Shown here: positions 10,937 through 24,000 of the stretch, piece by piece
How the letters are laid out: each line of letters begins with the position of its first letter
Numbering within the stretch: position 1 is the stretch's first letter
Assembly: GCA_000002445.1 (NCBI GenBank)
Contig: CP000071.1
Coordinates: 1,632,001-1,696,000 of the forward strand
Source of the DNA: Trypanosoma brucei
Lineage: Eukaryota
Reading direction: 5' to 3'
Length of the DNA: 64,000 nucleotides
Made by a program: the position numbers and the translations under genes
The notes under the pieces: model-generated
Told to the model about the DNA's origin: nothing
The model's input: the letters and a program-made list of their open reading frames with translations, nothing else
Databases searched by the model: none

Positions 10937-11698
10937 CTTACCTGCGAATTAAGATATACAGGAATACTTATGTGCTAACTATATGTAAAGAAAAAGAGCT
11001 TCGTATCGTTTCGTTTTCTTTCAATTTGTTTAGTCGTTTCTACACCATGCTGTTTGTTGCAGTGGTTGCCGCTAATGTCGCTTATCCCGCTGTCAATGAC
11101 AGAGACGGCAGTGGGAGTCGCGACTGGTGTTTCCCCATCGTTTACTTTGCAGTTAAGGTCAAGTGTTGCTTTTCCCCCAAATTCTCTTACCTTTCGATAA
11201 CGTTCGTTTTCGTTGTTGTGTGTACGACGTCAGGGATTAGTGGTTAGTCAAAAAACCAGTAAACGTTGTGAGCAAAAAAAAAAAATCGACTAATAGGCAG
11301 GGATAAAGTGGGGGAGGTAAGGAAGGAGGGAAGAGGACGAAACAGCAGAGTGAAGGACACAGACAAATAAAAAGCGAGAGGAGGGGAATATTCACGTGAA
11401 GACCAGACGCGTAAATTCCCAGGATCCGTTCAACGTATCGCGGTGCAGTGTGATACTTCCCCCTCAATCTCTCCCACTAGTGTGGTCGACCCTCACATAA
11501 GTGCCTTTTCGCCACGTTGTAATTACTATAATCACGGAAGGAGAGAAAGATAAAGGGAAGAGGAAGGGGAAGCACTGGAGGTACACTGGTGGGTGTTACG
11601 TCAGGGAGGTGGCGTAGAGTGTTGAAGTGGGCGTTGGGAAGGAGACGGAGCTTTGGTCTAGTGAGTAGGTAGTGTGAGGCGAGTGGAGGGGGGAAGTG

Positions 11699-11718
11699 CA
11701 TATATATATATATATATC
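11699..11718. repeat. (TA)n microsatellite
   Basis: 'atatatatatatatatat' read directly in the intergenic region upstream of VPS13. Confidence 0.85.
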
Positions 11719-12048
11719 TTTGAAGAGTCCGTAGAAGGGATCGAGGGGAGCAAAAGGAAAGGGTTCGTGCAATCCTCTGGAAGCACCATTAGCGCTTGTT
11801 GCAAAACGAAGGGGAAAGGGCCCTTACAGGTGCTGCAGTTTAGTGTAGAGCCACGATTCGGCAACACAGAGAGTGCAAGCACGCGGTCATTTACTTCCAT
11901 ACACACTTCCAATTACATCTGTGCCGCCGCTGAGTCACCTAGGTGGTGGAAAAGGAACTACAAAGGCGGTGAGTAGAGGGGAAGTGGACGTTGCCCCCGC
12001 TGCTTCCGTAACCCTTTAGGACCGTGCGCATCCACCACATTCCTTGCA

Positions 12049-15000
12049 ATGCTTGAAAAGTACCTCAGCTCCATTATTGTGCCCTACTTGTCACAGTTTG
12101 TGGAAAACTTGGATTCGAAACAACTAAATGTTGACTTGTGGAATGGCAATGTTGTGCTCAAGGATTTAATGCTGAAGAAGAGCGTGCTTGAGGCACTAAT
12201 CCAGGGCGATCCCATCGGTGATAACTTCTCTTTTGAGGGTGCAACGAAAGCAGCACCAACACCTGGTGTGAACCCGGCTCCGCGCCTTCCGTTAACGGTA
12301 CAACGTGGCATTTGTAAGAGGGTCAACCTGGTGGTACCGTACACACAATTGCGATCGAAGCCTGTAGTTATGGAAATAGGTGAGTTACTTATATGTGTCA
12401 AGGGTAATACGGAATGCCGTGACGTGGTGCTGAGTAAGGCGGCAAAGCTCGACGCCGCAGCAGCACGGAAGTCACGTGAGCTGGAACAATTTGAGGCAGA
12501 GCGAAGGCGTACGAGGGAGAACAACGCAAACAATAGCGCTGGCGCAGCTGCTGCCACCAGTGCAGGTGCTGCTGCGGACACTACAGAGAAGGCACCGGGA
12601 GCAACCACCGGGGCCTCGGTGACTTCTTCGGCTACGGAGAAGGGGAAGGGAAAGGACGGTTATCTCTCTCGTCTGGGGGAGCTTGTAGTAAATAACATAG
12701 TCATTAAAGTTCAGAGTGTGCATGTTCGTTACGAAGATGAGGCCACTAAGACTGTGGCTGGTGTGATACTCGGTGATGTCAGATTGTTTACGGTCGATCT
12801 TTTCACGGGAAATGAAAAATTTGTCGACCCTGTAGGGATGCGGCGCATGACAAAAAGGTTGGAGTTCGCCGGCTTGCAATGCTATTGCGACGACCCAGCG
12901 CGATACGAACTGAATCCCCATGGTTTCTTCATATCGAGGGTTAACGATATGTCAAAGTGGGTGATCGCGATGAGGGAACGTGTCGAGGAAGGTGATGTTG
13001 AACATTCAACCATCGTTGGACCCGTGAAGGGTCATGTGGATGTGAATTTGATCTTAAAAAACTTTATTAGGGACCTCATTTGGGAACCGTACTTAAAGGT
13101 GCGGATGAGGTTGGATAGTTTCCAGTCGAAGTTTAATCGTGCCCAATACCTTACACTAATCCGCACCATCTCTTTGTTAAGCAACTGGACCAGTCTAACA
13201 GAGGTTTTGTCGCGGCGGCCAAACGTACCAGTTACTGGAAATGCTTGTGCATGGTGGCGCTATGCAATTAAGGCAGTACGATCTGTAACGGCCGCCCCGA
13301 AACGTGAGAGATTGTTGCAGCGCATCTCCGAAGTCTGCATTGTGGACTACCACGTCCTCTACCGCGATGTTGTGAGGAAAACTGAGATGTCACCGGAGAA
13401 GCAGCGAGCATACCGCTTTATTACCCGTTTCATGACAGTACCTGACATGATTGCCGGTCGAAAGTATGTTTATGCACAACTGGCCAACGCCATTCAACTC
13501 AAGCGCAAGGACACCGAAGCAAAGAAGGCCGAAGCGCAACCTGCTGAGGAAGGACCCAAAAAGGGGGGATGGTTGTCTTGGATTCGTCGTCAGCATAATG
13601 ATCCGGAACCTCAGGAGGACGAGGAAGCCCGCGCGCTTGAGGAACTTGAGCGGGAATATGGTCTTGATCCTGGTGAAGCAAATGGAAGTGATACAGGAGA
13701 AGAAAATGAGGAGGAGAAGCTACCGGAATCGTACTGCTGGTTTGATGCTCAGTTCGAACTCTCTATGCACCACACCACTCTCTATTTGTCAAAGACTCAG
13801 AAACTTGACTTGGTACTTCATGATGTGGGTCTCTTAGTAAAAACTTTTAATGCCCCAAACTCCGTGCAGGTGCGAATAGTCACAGATAATCTCACATTGT
13901 CGAACCCAGTGGAGGATGAAACGCTACGAGAACGGTTGCCGTCGCTTGTTGAAGGTTTGCCCTTCCGTTGTGGCCCAAGCAGTGAGGATCTTGGCGTGGT
14001 TACTGAACGTTCCCGTTCGTGGAACAGTGTTCCACTACTGGAGTGTAGTGCTGCGCTTAACCCGGTAGAGCAACCCATTGAAGACACACACCTTGATTTT
14101 ACTATGAATATGCGTCTACTTCCGTTGCGCGTCGTTGCTGATCCGCCAACTATCGATGCTATTGTGCGCTTTTTTCATGTTCCCAAAGGGCTCGACGTTG
14201 GATATGTTGTGGGTAGGACAAAGGACTTTGCGCTTACGGTCGGTCAAGCTGCCTCCACCGAGTTGCGTCAGGCTATGACTAACACAAAGGGCTACAAAAT
14301 CTCTTTGGATGCTGCAGGACCTCACATAATTTTCCCCAAAACTCTGAGAGGGGCTTTGGATGAGCCAGCGCTGGCTGTGTCATTAGGGCATGCCATGTTT
14401 GACACGCAGCCCTTGACAGAGACTGAGAAACAGCAACGACTATTAGCGGCGCAGGCTGGTGGGCAAAATGAAGAGTGGCATTATTATTCTAGCACAGCTG
14501 ACTTCTCTAAATTCTTCATCGAACTCGGGACGCTGGGGTCAGTGTTGGAGCGACAAGGCAGTGGTTTCATGCTCGTACCGGAGATAGCGTACTCTGCTTC
14601 AGTATTACAGCTTATAGACAGAGATATGGCTAACAACCGGGAGTGGCTCATTGTGCGGATGGTAGTTCCCAAGTTGTGCATGGCGTGTTCGGTGGGTCAG
14701 GCCCATGTCCTGTCGAACATGGTAGAACAGTGGGTCGCGTACTTGGCCGCTGCTGGAACAGAAGATGACAACGATCCGGTCGCAATGCCGTCGGTAGACA
14801 CTGCAGTGCTCGGGGCTGAAAAACTTTTGGCGGCGGCGGGTTCCCCTGGAGGAATAGGTCCAACTGTTGGTGTAGGAGGTTCGACTTCAGCGGGCGCACC
14901 CTCCGCCGAGGGGTCATACTTCAACTCCTGTACAGGGAATGCATCACGGCCTCGGAAAGCGAAAAACTCGGAATCGGATTCGGATGACGCCCTCGCGAGC

Positions 15001-18000
15001 ACAACACCGGTAGTAGCCCTCCGGACGCAAGCAGACTTACCGTATGTTCGGTTACACGCCACAATCGAGGAGCTTGGTATTTCTATTTTTGAGGATGACT
15101 TGGAAACACGACAACCCCTTGTTGCGCCTCGCTTCACCATGGCCTTCAGGACAGCTCTTATGACACTACATGTGCGCACACAGAAGCAGCTTCTGGAGAT
15201 GGTACTCAACGATCCGTATTGCCTTGATGCTAGGGAACCGGATCACCTTGTAATTGCTGGTCCTTCAATCCACTGTAACGCAGAAATGGCAGCAGACATG
15301 CCCATGCATGTTGATATCGTAATGCAACCTCCACTAAAATTTTGCCTTAACACGTCGTGCATGGAACTCCTTGAGGCGGTGGTCGACATCACAAACCTCA
15401 TAGCCACTACTTCGGATGCCATTCCACAACTTACGAGGAGCGACGAAGGTGGTGTAGACACCGTAAAGTTTGAAAGGGGCGCAAAGATTCCCCTTGACGT
15501 TATGCAGGAGTTGCAAATTAAGCAAGTGCAGCATATGTTCGGAATGCCAGATACACCTGTGGTGCAGATGTCACTGCGCATTGCTGGCATCGCAACAGTG
15601 GAGTTGATGGAACGTTGTGTGGAGAGGCAACCTTCACAAGAGCAATCGGCAGGAAAGGGTGAGAGGCAACCAAGGGATTACCCCATAGCGTACGCAACCT
15701 TCAAGGAGGTGAACTTATTCTTGAGGAAAAACTCCGTCACGATGGAAGTCAACGGTAGCGTACAGCAGGTGGAGGTGTCACTCTCCGAAGTGCACGACGT
15801 TTCCCCATCAAATCGCGTTGTGCTGCAACGTCGAGTAGCACCACCTCATGCCTCGCCCATAAAGTCCAAGGTGACAGAACCGTTGGAAACTGGGGCAACG
15901 GTGGCAGTAGCCGCAATGTCACCAGGGTCTGGCAGCGGCCAGTTGGCTTCTTCGCAGGAAAACTTACCACCCAGACTTCAATCTTCAGAGAGTGAGCAAC
16001 GGCAACATCTTACGTTCACGTATCGCACCAGCCGCCCGGTGATGCCCATATTTCAAACTGGTGCCGATGGGAAGCGTAAATTAACCAATGTCTCAGAACT
16101 GCGGTTTTCCGGCTTTGCGGAGTTAGAATTCAGCTCCAGCGACATACATTTAGACATTCACAGCGTCATTGTTCTTTCGCAATATTTTTGTACAGGTCTC
16201 TTTGCGGAGTTGTCGGGTCTTTCGTTAAGGACGCGCTACGACGGTCGAGTTCCCGCTGGGCCGTCACTAATTGAACCACCGCAGCTGCTGACAAGCGTGC
16301 GAGTGTTTGCACAGGACCTGACATTCAACCTCCCTGTCGATGCGAGAGTGGAGAACGACATCGAGCGGTTTCGTGTTTCAGTGGATCATGTTGCGGTGCA
16401 AAGTAGCCTTCTTTCAGCTGAAGAAAAACAATCTATGAACATTTCCCTGCGCGAAATACGCCTTCTGCACGGGTTTCCCCACGGAGTCGACGCCGAGCGA
16501 ATGCAATCAGCGGCGGAGGGGAAGGTGTTAATGCCGACAACATCGCTCGATGTCTCCCTAAAAAGCCCACTTGATCAGTTGTCTGATGAACCGCTGCGTG
16601 TTGAATTGCGGGGAGATGAACTGGTGCTTGCCCTAACAGAGGGAGACATTGTGGATCTGTGCCGCCTTATTAGTGGGAACCTGACGCGCGCGCCTCCCCC
16701 ACCACCACCAGCGCCCCCGCGTTTGCAGTCGCTTACTGGAAGTCGCCGTGAATCCTCAGAGGTAGGCGAGGCACGACTGCCTTCCGTCGCCGCTTGCTCG
16801 CCGCAAGAGATAACCGAGGCGCAGAGTGGAGCTCATGTAGTGTGGCGAGCCGGGCGCTTAACACTGTCGCTGCTCGACACATCAAGTAGTGGCGCTCGTT
16901 TTCGTCTTGAGGGCAACGGCTTCACTTTTGATCAGAGGGCCCCTGGCGGTGAACTCAGTTTGCGATGGGATAAGCTTGAACTGCACGATGTTTATGAAGA
17001 AACGTGCCGGGCGACGATGTTACTATGTGGTTGTGGCCGCGTCGAACTGGGCAACCTTCCGGCCCCATGGTGTGATCCGTGCAAGGGAGCAAACAAAGAA
17101 GGAATGAATGACCAAGTTGACAAAATCAACGCGACGACAGGGGACGGTACTAGTTCCGTGGACTTTGAAGATCTCACACCAGAGCAATTACATCAATTAT
17201 TGCAAGAACAACTGAACCAGCCGCAAGATTCTGCATCCGCCGGTGGTCTTTCAAGAGACTTTGTCGATATTCAAACACTTGTCGTTGACTTCACGTTGGA
17301 GCGCTTTGCTGTTTCAGACCAGTGGCTTGCTGTGTACGATTTTGTTTGCAATCAGGCGGTAGTTGAGGCACTGCAACACGTAGCGTCGACGGATGATTCT
17401 GTTCCTCCGCGGAGGCTGTGCCAAGGGTTCAAGGAACCCTCTGAGGGTATGGAAGGGGCCAAACCATTTCGATGTATTGTGACAACGCGTGCGGTCAACG
17501 TGCCGTTCCTAACGATTTCGCGGGAGGAGTTTCTTGAAGCGGATATCACGTCGTTGCACGCCGACGTCATAACGTATCTTAATACCACGACGGTAACTGT
17601 TAGAATGCATGACTTGGTGGTACGGCATTCTGCCTCAGGTGAGCGTGTGCTGTTTAAGAAGCACGACACCGACGACTTGCATTTGTCCTCGTTTGACAAC
17701 ACCCAGGAAAATCTTCTTCTGACAGGCATAAACTCAGCGCGCTCTCCGCGTACGCCTGCGGGGGGGACGACAACAGCACCAGCTGCTGCATTAACCAATC
17801 CCACAACAACAACTGCTTCACCTAATCAACCCGTAGGGACAGCCACTCCAGATATTTTAAACCTGAGGTGCCATATTGGTGGAACACCTGAAAACCCACA
17901 ACAGCGTGTAAGAATTGCAGTAGGTGAATTGGCAACTCTCTTTTCCGCACCGCTTGTTGCACAGATTGTGGAATATTGCGCGCAGCCAGAGCAGCCAATA

Positions 18001-21000
18001 GCCAAAATATCGAATTTGGGAGTTATGCGGGAGCAACGCGAGCGGCTAGCTCGCGCTGCTGACCAGATGGTCAACAATGGTGCCATAAATGTTCAGGTGT
18101 TATGGCAGCAGCCCTGCATTATATTTGCGGGGAACGCGCAAGAGTTAGCGAACAAATCGCGCAATATTGAGGCTCATCTGGGTCTAATGGGATCGGAAAT
18201 ATTATTTGACAAGCGGAGCGGAAGCTGCACGGTCTCAACTAAAGTGGTTGGAGTGTCCATTCCGGAAATGTTGGAGGAAACAACAGTGCGCTTAAGATAC
18301 AAACTTGAAGAACGCAACGCAGACATCTCCGTGGTCGTAGACAAAGCAACGGCGCTGCTTCATCCAGTGGGTGTAGAGAAACTCCTTTGGGTTATTCAGT
18401 GGAATCTCATGGTGCCACCCGATGACAGTGGCAACAGTGTAGCTAATAATGTCACGCATTCCGGTGCAGTTGCGGGGGCTTGCGAAAAGGAAGGAATTAA
18501 AGAACCAAATGTTCTGAACGAGCGAAAGGAGCAGGTAGTCGGTGAGCGCTCAACTGATCTAGTGGAGGAACCCATTACCCAAAATATCCATGTAGAAGCC
18601 TCCTCTATTGTCCTTGCAATGCATGATGTTTTGGGTTTGCATGTGCACACAACCGCACTCGGTGGGCTCAAGATTCACGTCAACGCTGCTGGGGATGTGG
18701 ATATTGCCGTTAAGTCTGTGACAACAGTGGAGCACTTTACCAACCAGCGGCTCATGGAAGCCTGCGGTGAAGGGGCTCTCACGGTGCACGTGAAGAGTGC
18801 GGAGAAGACAACTTCTGTCTGCATGGCCGAGGTTAATTTTAGGGTGGTGCCGAAAGCGGTAGGAAGTCTTCTCAACATGTTATTGTCTGTACAGCTTCCG
18901 CCTCCCTTGCCGTCAGTATCAGGGGTCCCTACGACTGTTTTGCCATCAGAAACCGGTTGGGAGCATCGACTTTCTGTTAGATTAAATTGCTGCCGAACCC
19001 TAGCTCTTCATGACGGTCAAGAGGTATTTCTTGCCGAGTACAAGGATTTGAATGTTGATTTGTGCTCGTTTGCCGACGCGTCAAGTACACTCACCGTTTC
19101 GATTGGCTGGCTCGTCGTCCAGAACCTGTACTCTAAGAAAGTGAAGGGATCTGAATTAATGCTACCGATGGATGGGGAGGAGAATGGGTCCCCTGCCGTC
19201 ATTGATTTTGTGCTGACTACATCGCCCCCAAATAACAGAAGCGTCACTAGGGATTGTGATTGTGCTGCTGCACCCTGTTATGTACAGCAGCTGCGATGCC
19301 GAATTTCCTCTTTCTTGATTGTTTCGGTGCCGGATGTTACATATGCAGCTGTCCAGGTAACTGCAGATATATTGGGAAACATATCAGATGTAAACCGTGG
19401 GAAAGCGTACGACTATGTAGCGGAGAAAACGGCCCAGCAGATACGCGAGAGACAGCAACTAACCGAAGTGGAGGTGGCCATCGGACGTCCCTGCATTAAG
19501 CTTCTCGACGCTGTTGATTCACAAAATGTGGTTGAGGTGTTTCTGGGCGATTTTGTTGTAAGGAACAAATTGCGCTGTGCTGCTGCTCAGGGAAGTAACG
19601 TAGCAATGTGCGCCCCACATGCTGAGGTGTTTTCGCTCAGTATAAACCGCCTATCTCTTAACATTCTCGGTGGGTCTGCGTTCAACCATAGCAGCAGCAT
19701 CGAGGTGGAGTTCTCTCGGTTAATCACTGATGATGTCATCCCCACTGTGGCATCAGATGAATCTGTTGGGGTGCCAAATGATGAGATGATGAGCCTGAAT
19801 GTTTCCGTACCAATGCTGTCTGCGAGGTTAACGGAGGCACAGTTGAATACCTTACTTGACGTAGTGGGGGCCTTTAGCTCTTTTGGCTGTTCCCCACCTG
19901 TTTGGGGAGATAGTTGTGGGGCATTTCCATCTTCTCACTCACAGGGGGCGAGCGGTCATCACGACGGAAGCATGAGCGCCACGAGTTTCCACACCTCTAG
20001 TGTAGTTTCGCCTTCAGGGGGGGCTGCTGGAAAGAGGCGGGCGAAGGACCCCTTGCTAGGACTGCAGGTGCAGGGGGCTGCACATGGTTGTGGACTACCC
20101 ACGGGCGATGTGAACGTAACTGCCGCAACAGCTGATGGCACCATAACCAACTCTGAGTCTGTCACCAATGAAGTTAGCACCTCAATGAAGATAAGCGCTG
20201 TAATGCAACGTCTCGTCGCAAACATCGACGACAAATTTGAAATCACCGTTGACCATCTTACCGTGGAACAGGTTACCACGTCAAGGCTGAGTAGAACTGC
20301 AAACGGAAACGATAATTCGAACGCAGTTCCCGTCCCACCACTCACCAATAGCAACAGCAAATTATTCCTGGAAGGTCTGGTGATTCGGCACTGCTCTTGG
20401 GGTAGTTTCGATGACAATAACGAGAGGGCTTCTCTCTTTGCTTCGAGGGATGTTGAAGTTGCTTCTGTGACCGTCATGAGTGTCAACGGAAACAGCCGGG
20501 AAACTGATTCGAGCACCACTGTTCGTTTGGGATGCCTGCATACCACGATCACTCCACAGATCTTGGTCGATGCCAGGAACATATTGTACGGCCCGTTCTG
20601 CATGAAAGTTGCTCGAACCCCGCTTAGCCCCATTCCTATATGTCGTCTTACTGACGATGTTTATGTGCTAAAGAGCAACTTGTCACTCGACCCTACCCAC
20701 ATCCTCATAACAGGCAACAAGTCACGTTGCTCTTATGTTCTGGATCTCAACCAATATAAGTTGTGTATCTTGGGTCCGCCAGCCCCGCACATTGTGTTAG
20801 ATGACAACTGCGAACTTACAATTACTAATGGCTGCATAGTGGTTCCAGGCATGTACGCGCTCAGCTCCTTTGTTAGCTTTGGTGGTAACGCATCTGTGTT
20901 CACAACAAAATCGTGTGTGATTGAAAAAATAGCACACCACGACCGGGTTGTCGCAGCGGTCTTTCGCCCGGTCAGGCGTCGCAGCAGAGGCGGAGTTGAG

Positions 21001-24000
21001 TCAACTGCTGCACCTACTCATAAAAACATGGCGGCCCCATCTGTGGATCCCGCGAAGCAACCAGTTACTTCAATACAGCCGCCGCAGCAACAACCACAAG
21101 TGGGTGCCGTATCACTGAATAGCACATCAGTCATCCCTCAATGTCAATCAAACATCGTACCACGTCAGGCTAGTGGTGAAGAGGTGAGGTCAACGGTGAG
21201 TGTAGAGTGTAAGGATGTTATGCTACGCGTCATGGCTGAGGAAGCAGAAGACATAGGTGTTTGCATGTTTATGGCTCTGGATTTCACTACAACGCGTCAG
21301 CTGGATGATGGTGTACTGAAACAAAACTGTGCCAAAGTGACGTTGAGAGACATTCGCACATCCACAAGGGATGAAGTTGCGCTCCAACCCTCTACGTTTA
21401 CTGTGGCTGTCGCCGGAACCGACAGGGTGTCTGTCACGGGATCTTTAGCATCTCAGGGATTGTGTCTACGCGTGTCGTTGGTGCGTTCTCTCGTTGAGTT
21501 GGTTAAGGACACTATGAGTGCTTTCACTCATGAAGGGGAAGTTCCAGTGTACCCAGTTAATGTGGTGCTCGAGGACGAAAACTTAAAACCGCTTGTCGAT
21601 GTACCCGCACTGGGGGAGTGTCGTATATGCGAGATGCAGTGTGCCAAGCTTGCCACAAGTGAAGAGGGCCCTGGGGTATTGTGCTATCGTTGTTGCACAG
21701 GGAAAATGGCCCTACCAGAAACGAACGTGTGGTTTGCCGTCGACCCCGTTGACATTTTATTGCTGAGCGATAGCGGTGGTATGTTGCAGTTACGCTGTGT
21801 AGCCCCTTTTGAGACATGCTATACGGCGGATAAGGGTCTTCATACCCACATGAAGCTTCAGGTACGCAACCTCAATGACAACGCCGCTGTGTGGGAGCCG
21901 CTTGTGGAGCATATTACGATGACGTTTGGGGGCGATGTGCGGACGTCAGCATACTGGATTAAGGTGGAGAAATTCGACTATGTGTTGTCTCCGATGAACG
22001 TGAAATTACTAAGGAAGCTTTCAGAGGACTTCTCCCCCACATCAGAGCTGCAGAGACAACTTCGAAGGAAGTTCCGCGGGAACGGACACAGTTTACTTCA
22101 AACAGATGATGAGACCTTGGATGAGGTTGGTGGCCGAGGCACTAGTGCCGAAGTAGCAGAGGGGGTTTGTGATGATGGACATAAATATGTGGCGTATGTG
22201 GAGGTGCATAACTATTTCAGTGAATCTTTAGAGTTTGATGGACTACCGATAGAGCCACGCGGACGCTCCGTAGCAACGAATGTGAATAAAAATTATGGTA
22301 CTTTGCGTCGAACACACAGCGTCAGTTCCGTCGGTGTGACTATCAACTGGTTCCGATCGCCTCTGTACGTACGCTACCCCGATATGGTGGTGAGGGTGCA
22401 AACGACGCTTTCGCACAGAGAAGGCTCTAAACGCCTCTTCCGTGTTGTGTCCCTTCGGTGCTACCCGGTTCATCGCACCGACATGATTATTTGTCTGAAG
22501 AACAACGTCAGCACCCACGTGGAGGTCGTAAGCGGCGTGCCCGCTGTAGGCCCGCAGGAGAGTTTCTACTTTCACCCGGACTTCTCGCTTGACCGAAAAC
22601 TTCAGTTGCGACCTGTTCAGACCGTTGATGAAGAGTATACCGAGGCTCTTGCTGTAGGTACTGGTGCAGCCCCAACTTTGAGTTCACTATTGAGCGCCTC
22701 CTCCACCACGCTCCACTCCCGTGGCGTGAAACGGAGGGAGAAACTCTTTGTTTTTACGATACATGAACGGCAGGAGGACATCTGGGCCGGTACACCCATG
22801 TTTGTCATTTCCATTGAACCACATATTTGTATTGAGAACAACCTCCCATGCAGCGTTCGCTTCAGGATCCACAAGGACGGACCGGGAAAGCAGAACCTTT
22901 TCAGTTCTGTAGTGAAGGCAGCGGAGCGTGCTGATGTTATTCAGGGTGAGACAAGTGTGGACAGGGCGTGTTTTCACTTTGAGGTGCATCACGAAGACAA
23001 AGACAGCAATGGTGTGATATACTCGACACCGACACCAGTAAAACTCAAGCCGCGCACAACACATGTTGTTCTTAGGGCTCAACTAGGCGATTCACGCGAG
23101 CTTCGAATCAACGTGCGATGTAAGGACAATAAAATTGTGCTTAGCACGCCGTACTCTATCGTTAACTTTGCGCCGCTTCCGATAGAGCTACGGGAGTGTA
23201 GTTCTTCGGGCGTCGAGATACCATGCGCGGGGACAAATTTTCGCTTTTTACCAAAACAAATGAAAAGTGCGTATCCGGCGTCGCCCCAAAGTGCCGATGC
23301 GCGAGAGTTCTTTGTGAACGTTCACATCATGGACTACGAAGCGCGTGCTATTCCCCTTCACGTGCAAGACAGTAGTGCGATCGTGTTAGGGGAAAGGATG
23401 GATAAAGGATCGGCCGAGAGGGGCACCAGCAATCGCGGTCCTATACTCTTTCACCTAATGTGCACGATGCAAGTGGACATGTACGGCTCACGCTTTGTCA
23501 CCATCGTGCCACGGTGGACCATTGTCAACCGAACACCCCGGGACCTATACGTTGCCCAGGCTTTGTTGGATGCGGCCCCGCCTGGGTCATCTTCTAGTGG
23601 AAAGGACACTCGCACTGTCGGTGGAGTGCCAGATAAAGTTAGTGGAAGGTGTTTCCGTTGCCGTTATGACATCGCTCAACATATACCTCCAAATTCCTCC
23701 ACACCGCTCTTCGTAACGGCTAGGTGCTGCTCGGAGCTGGGCTACGCTGTTTTCGTGCTTGCGGATAAGGGTGCCCGGGTATATGGTAATCCCGTGAGTC
23801 TGGAAGAGGTCGCTAGTGAGTTAGTGGTGGCCCATGGGGTATGTGAGGGTGGGGAAGCTAAGCGGGCCAGTGTGGTTGTAGAAACATCTGTGGTAGTTGA
23901 CGGACCATACACCTTCTTCACTGTGCAAGACCTTCCCGTGTCACCCTATATCCTTCTTAACCGAACACCGCTGTCGTTGGAGTTGCACGGCGCGCATGGC

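Noticed and set aside
19959-20633. 224-aa antisense ORF inside VPS13 (plus many other 60-190-aa antisense ORFs across 12-26 kb)
   Set aside because: It is fully contained within an uninterrupted 14.4-kb sense ORF with a conserved N-terminal domain. These are typical shadow ORFs of GC-balanced coding sequence.
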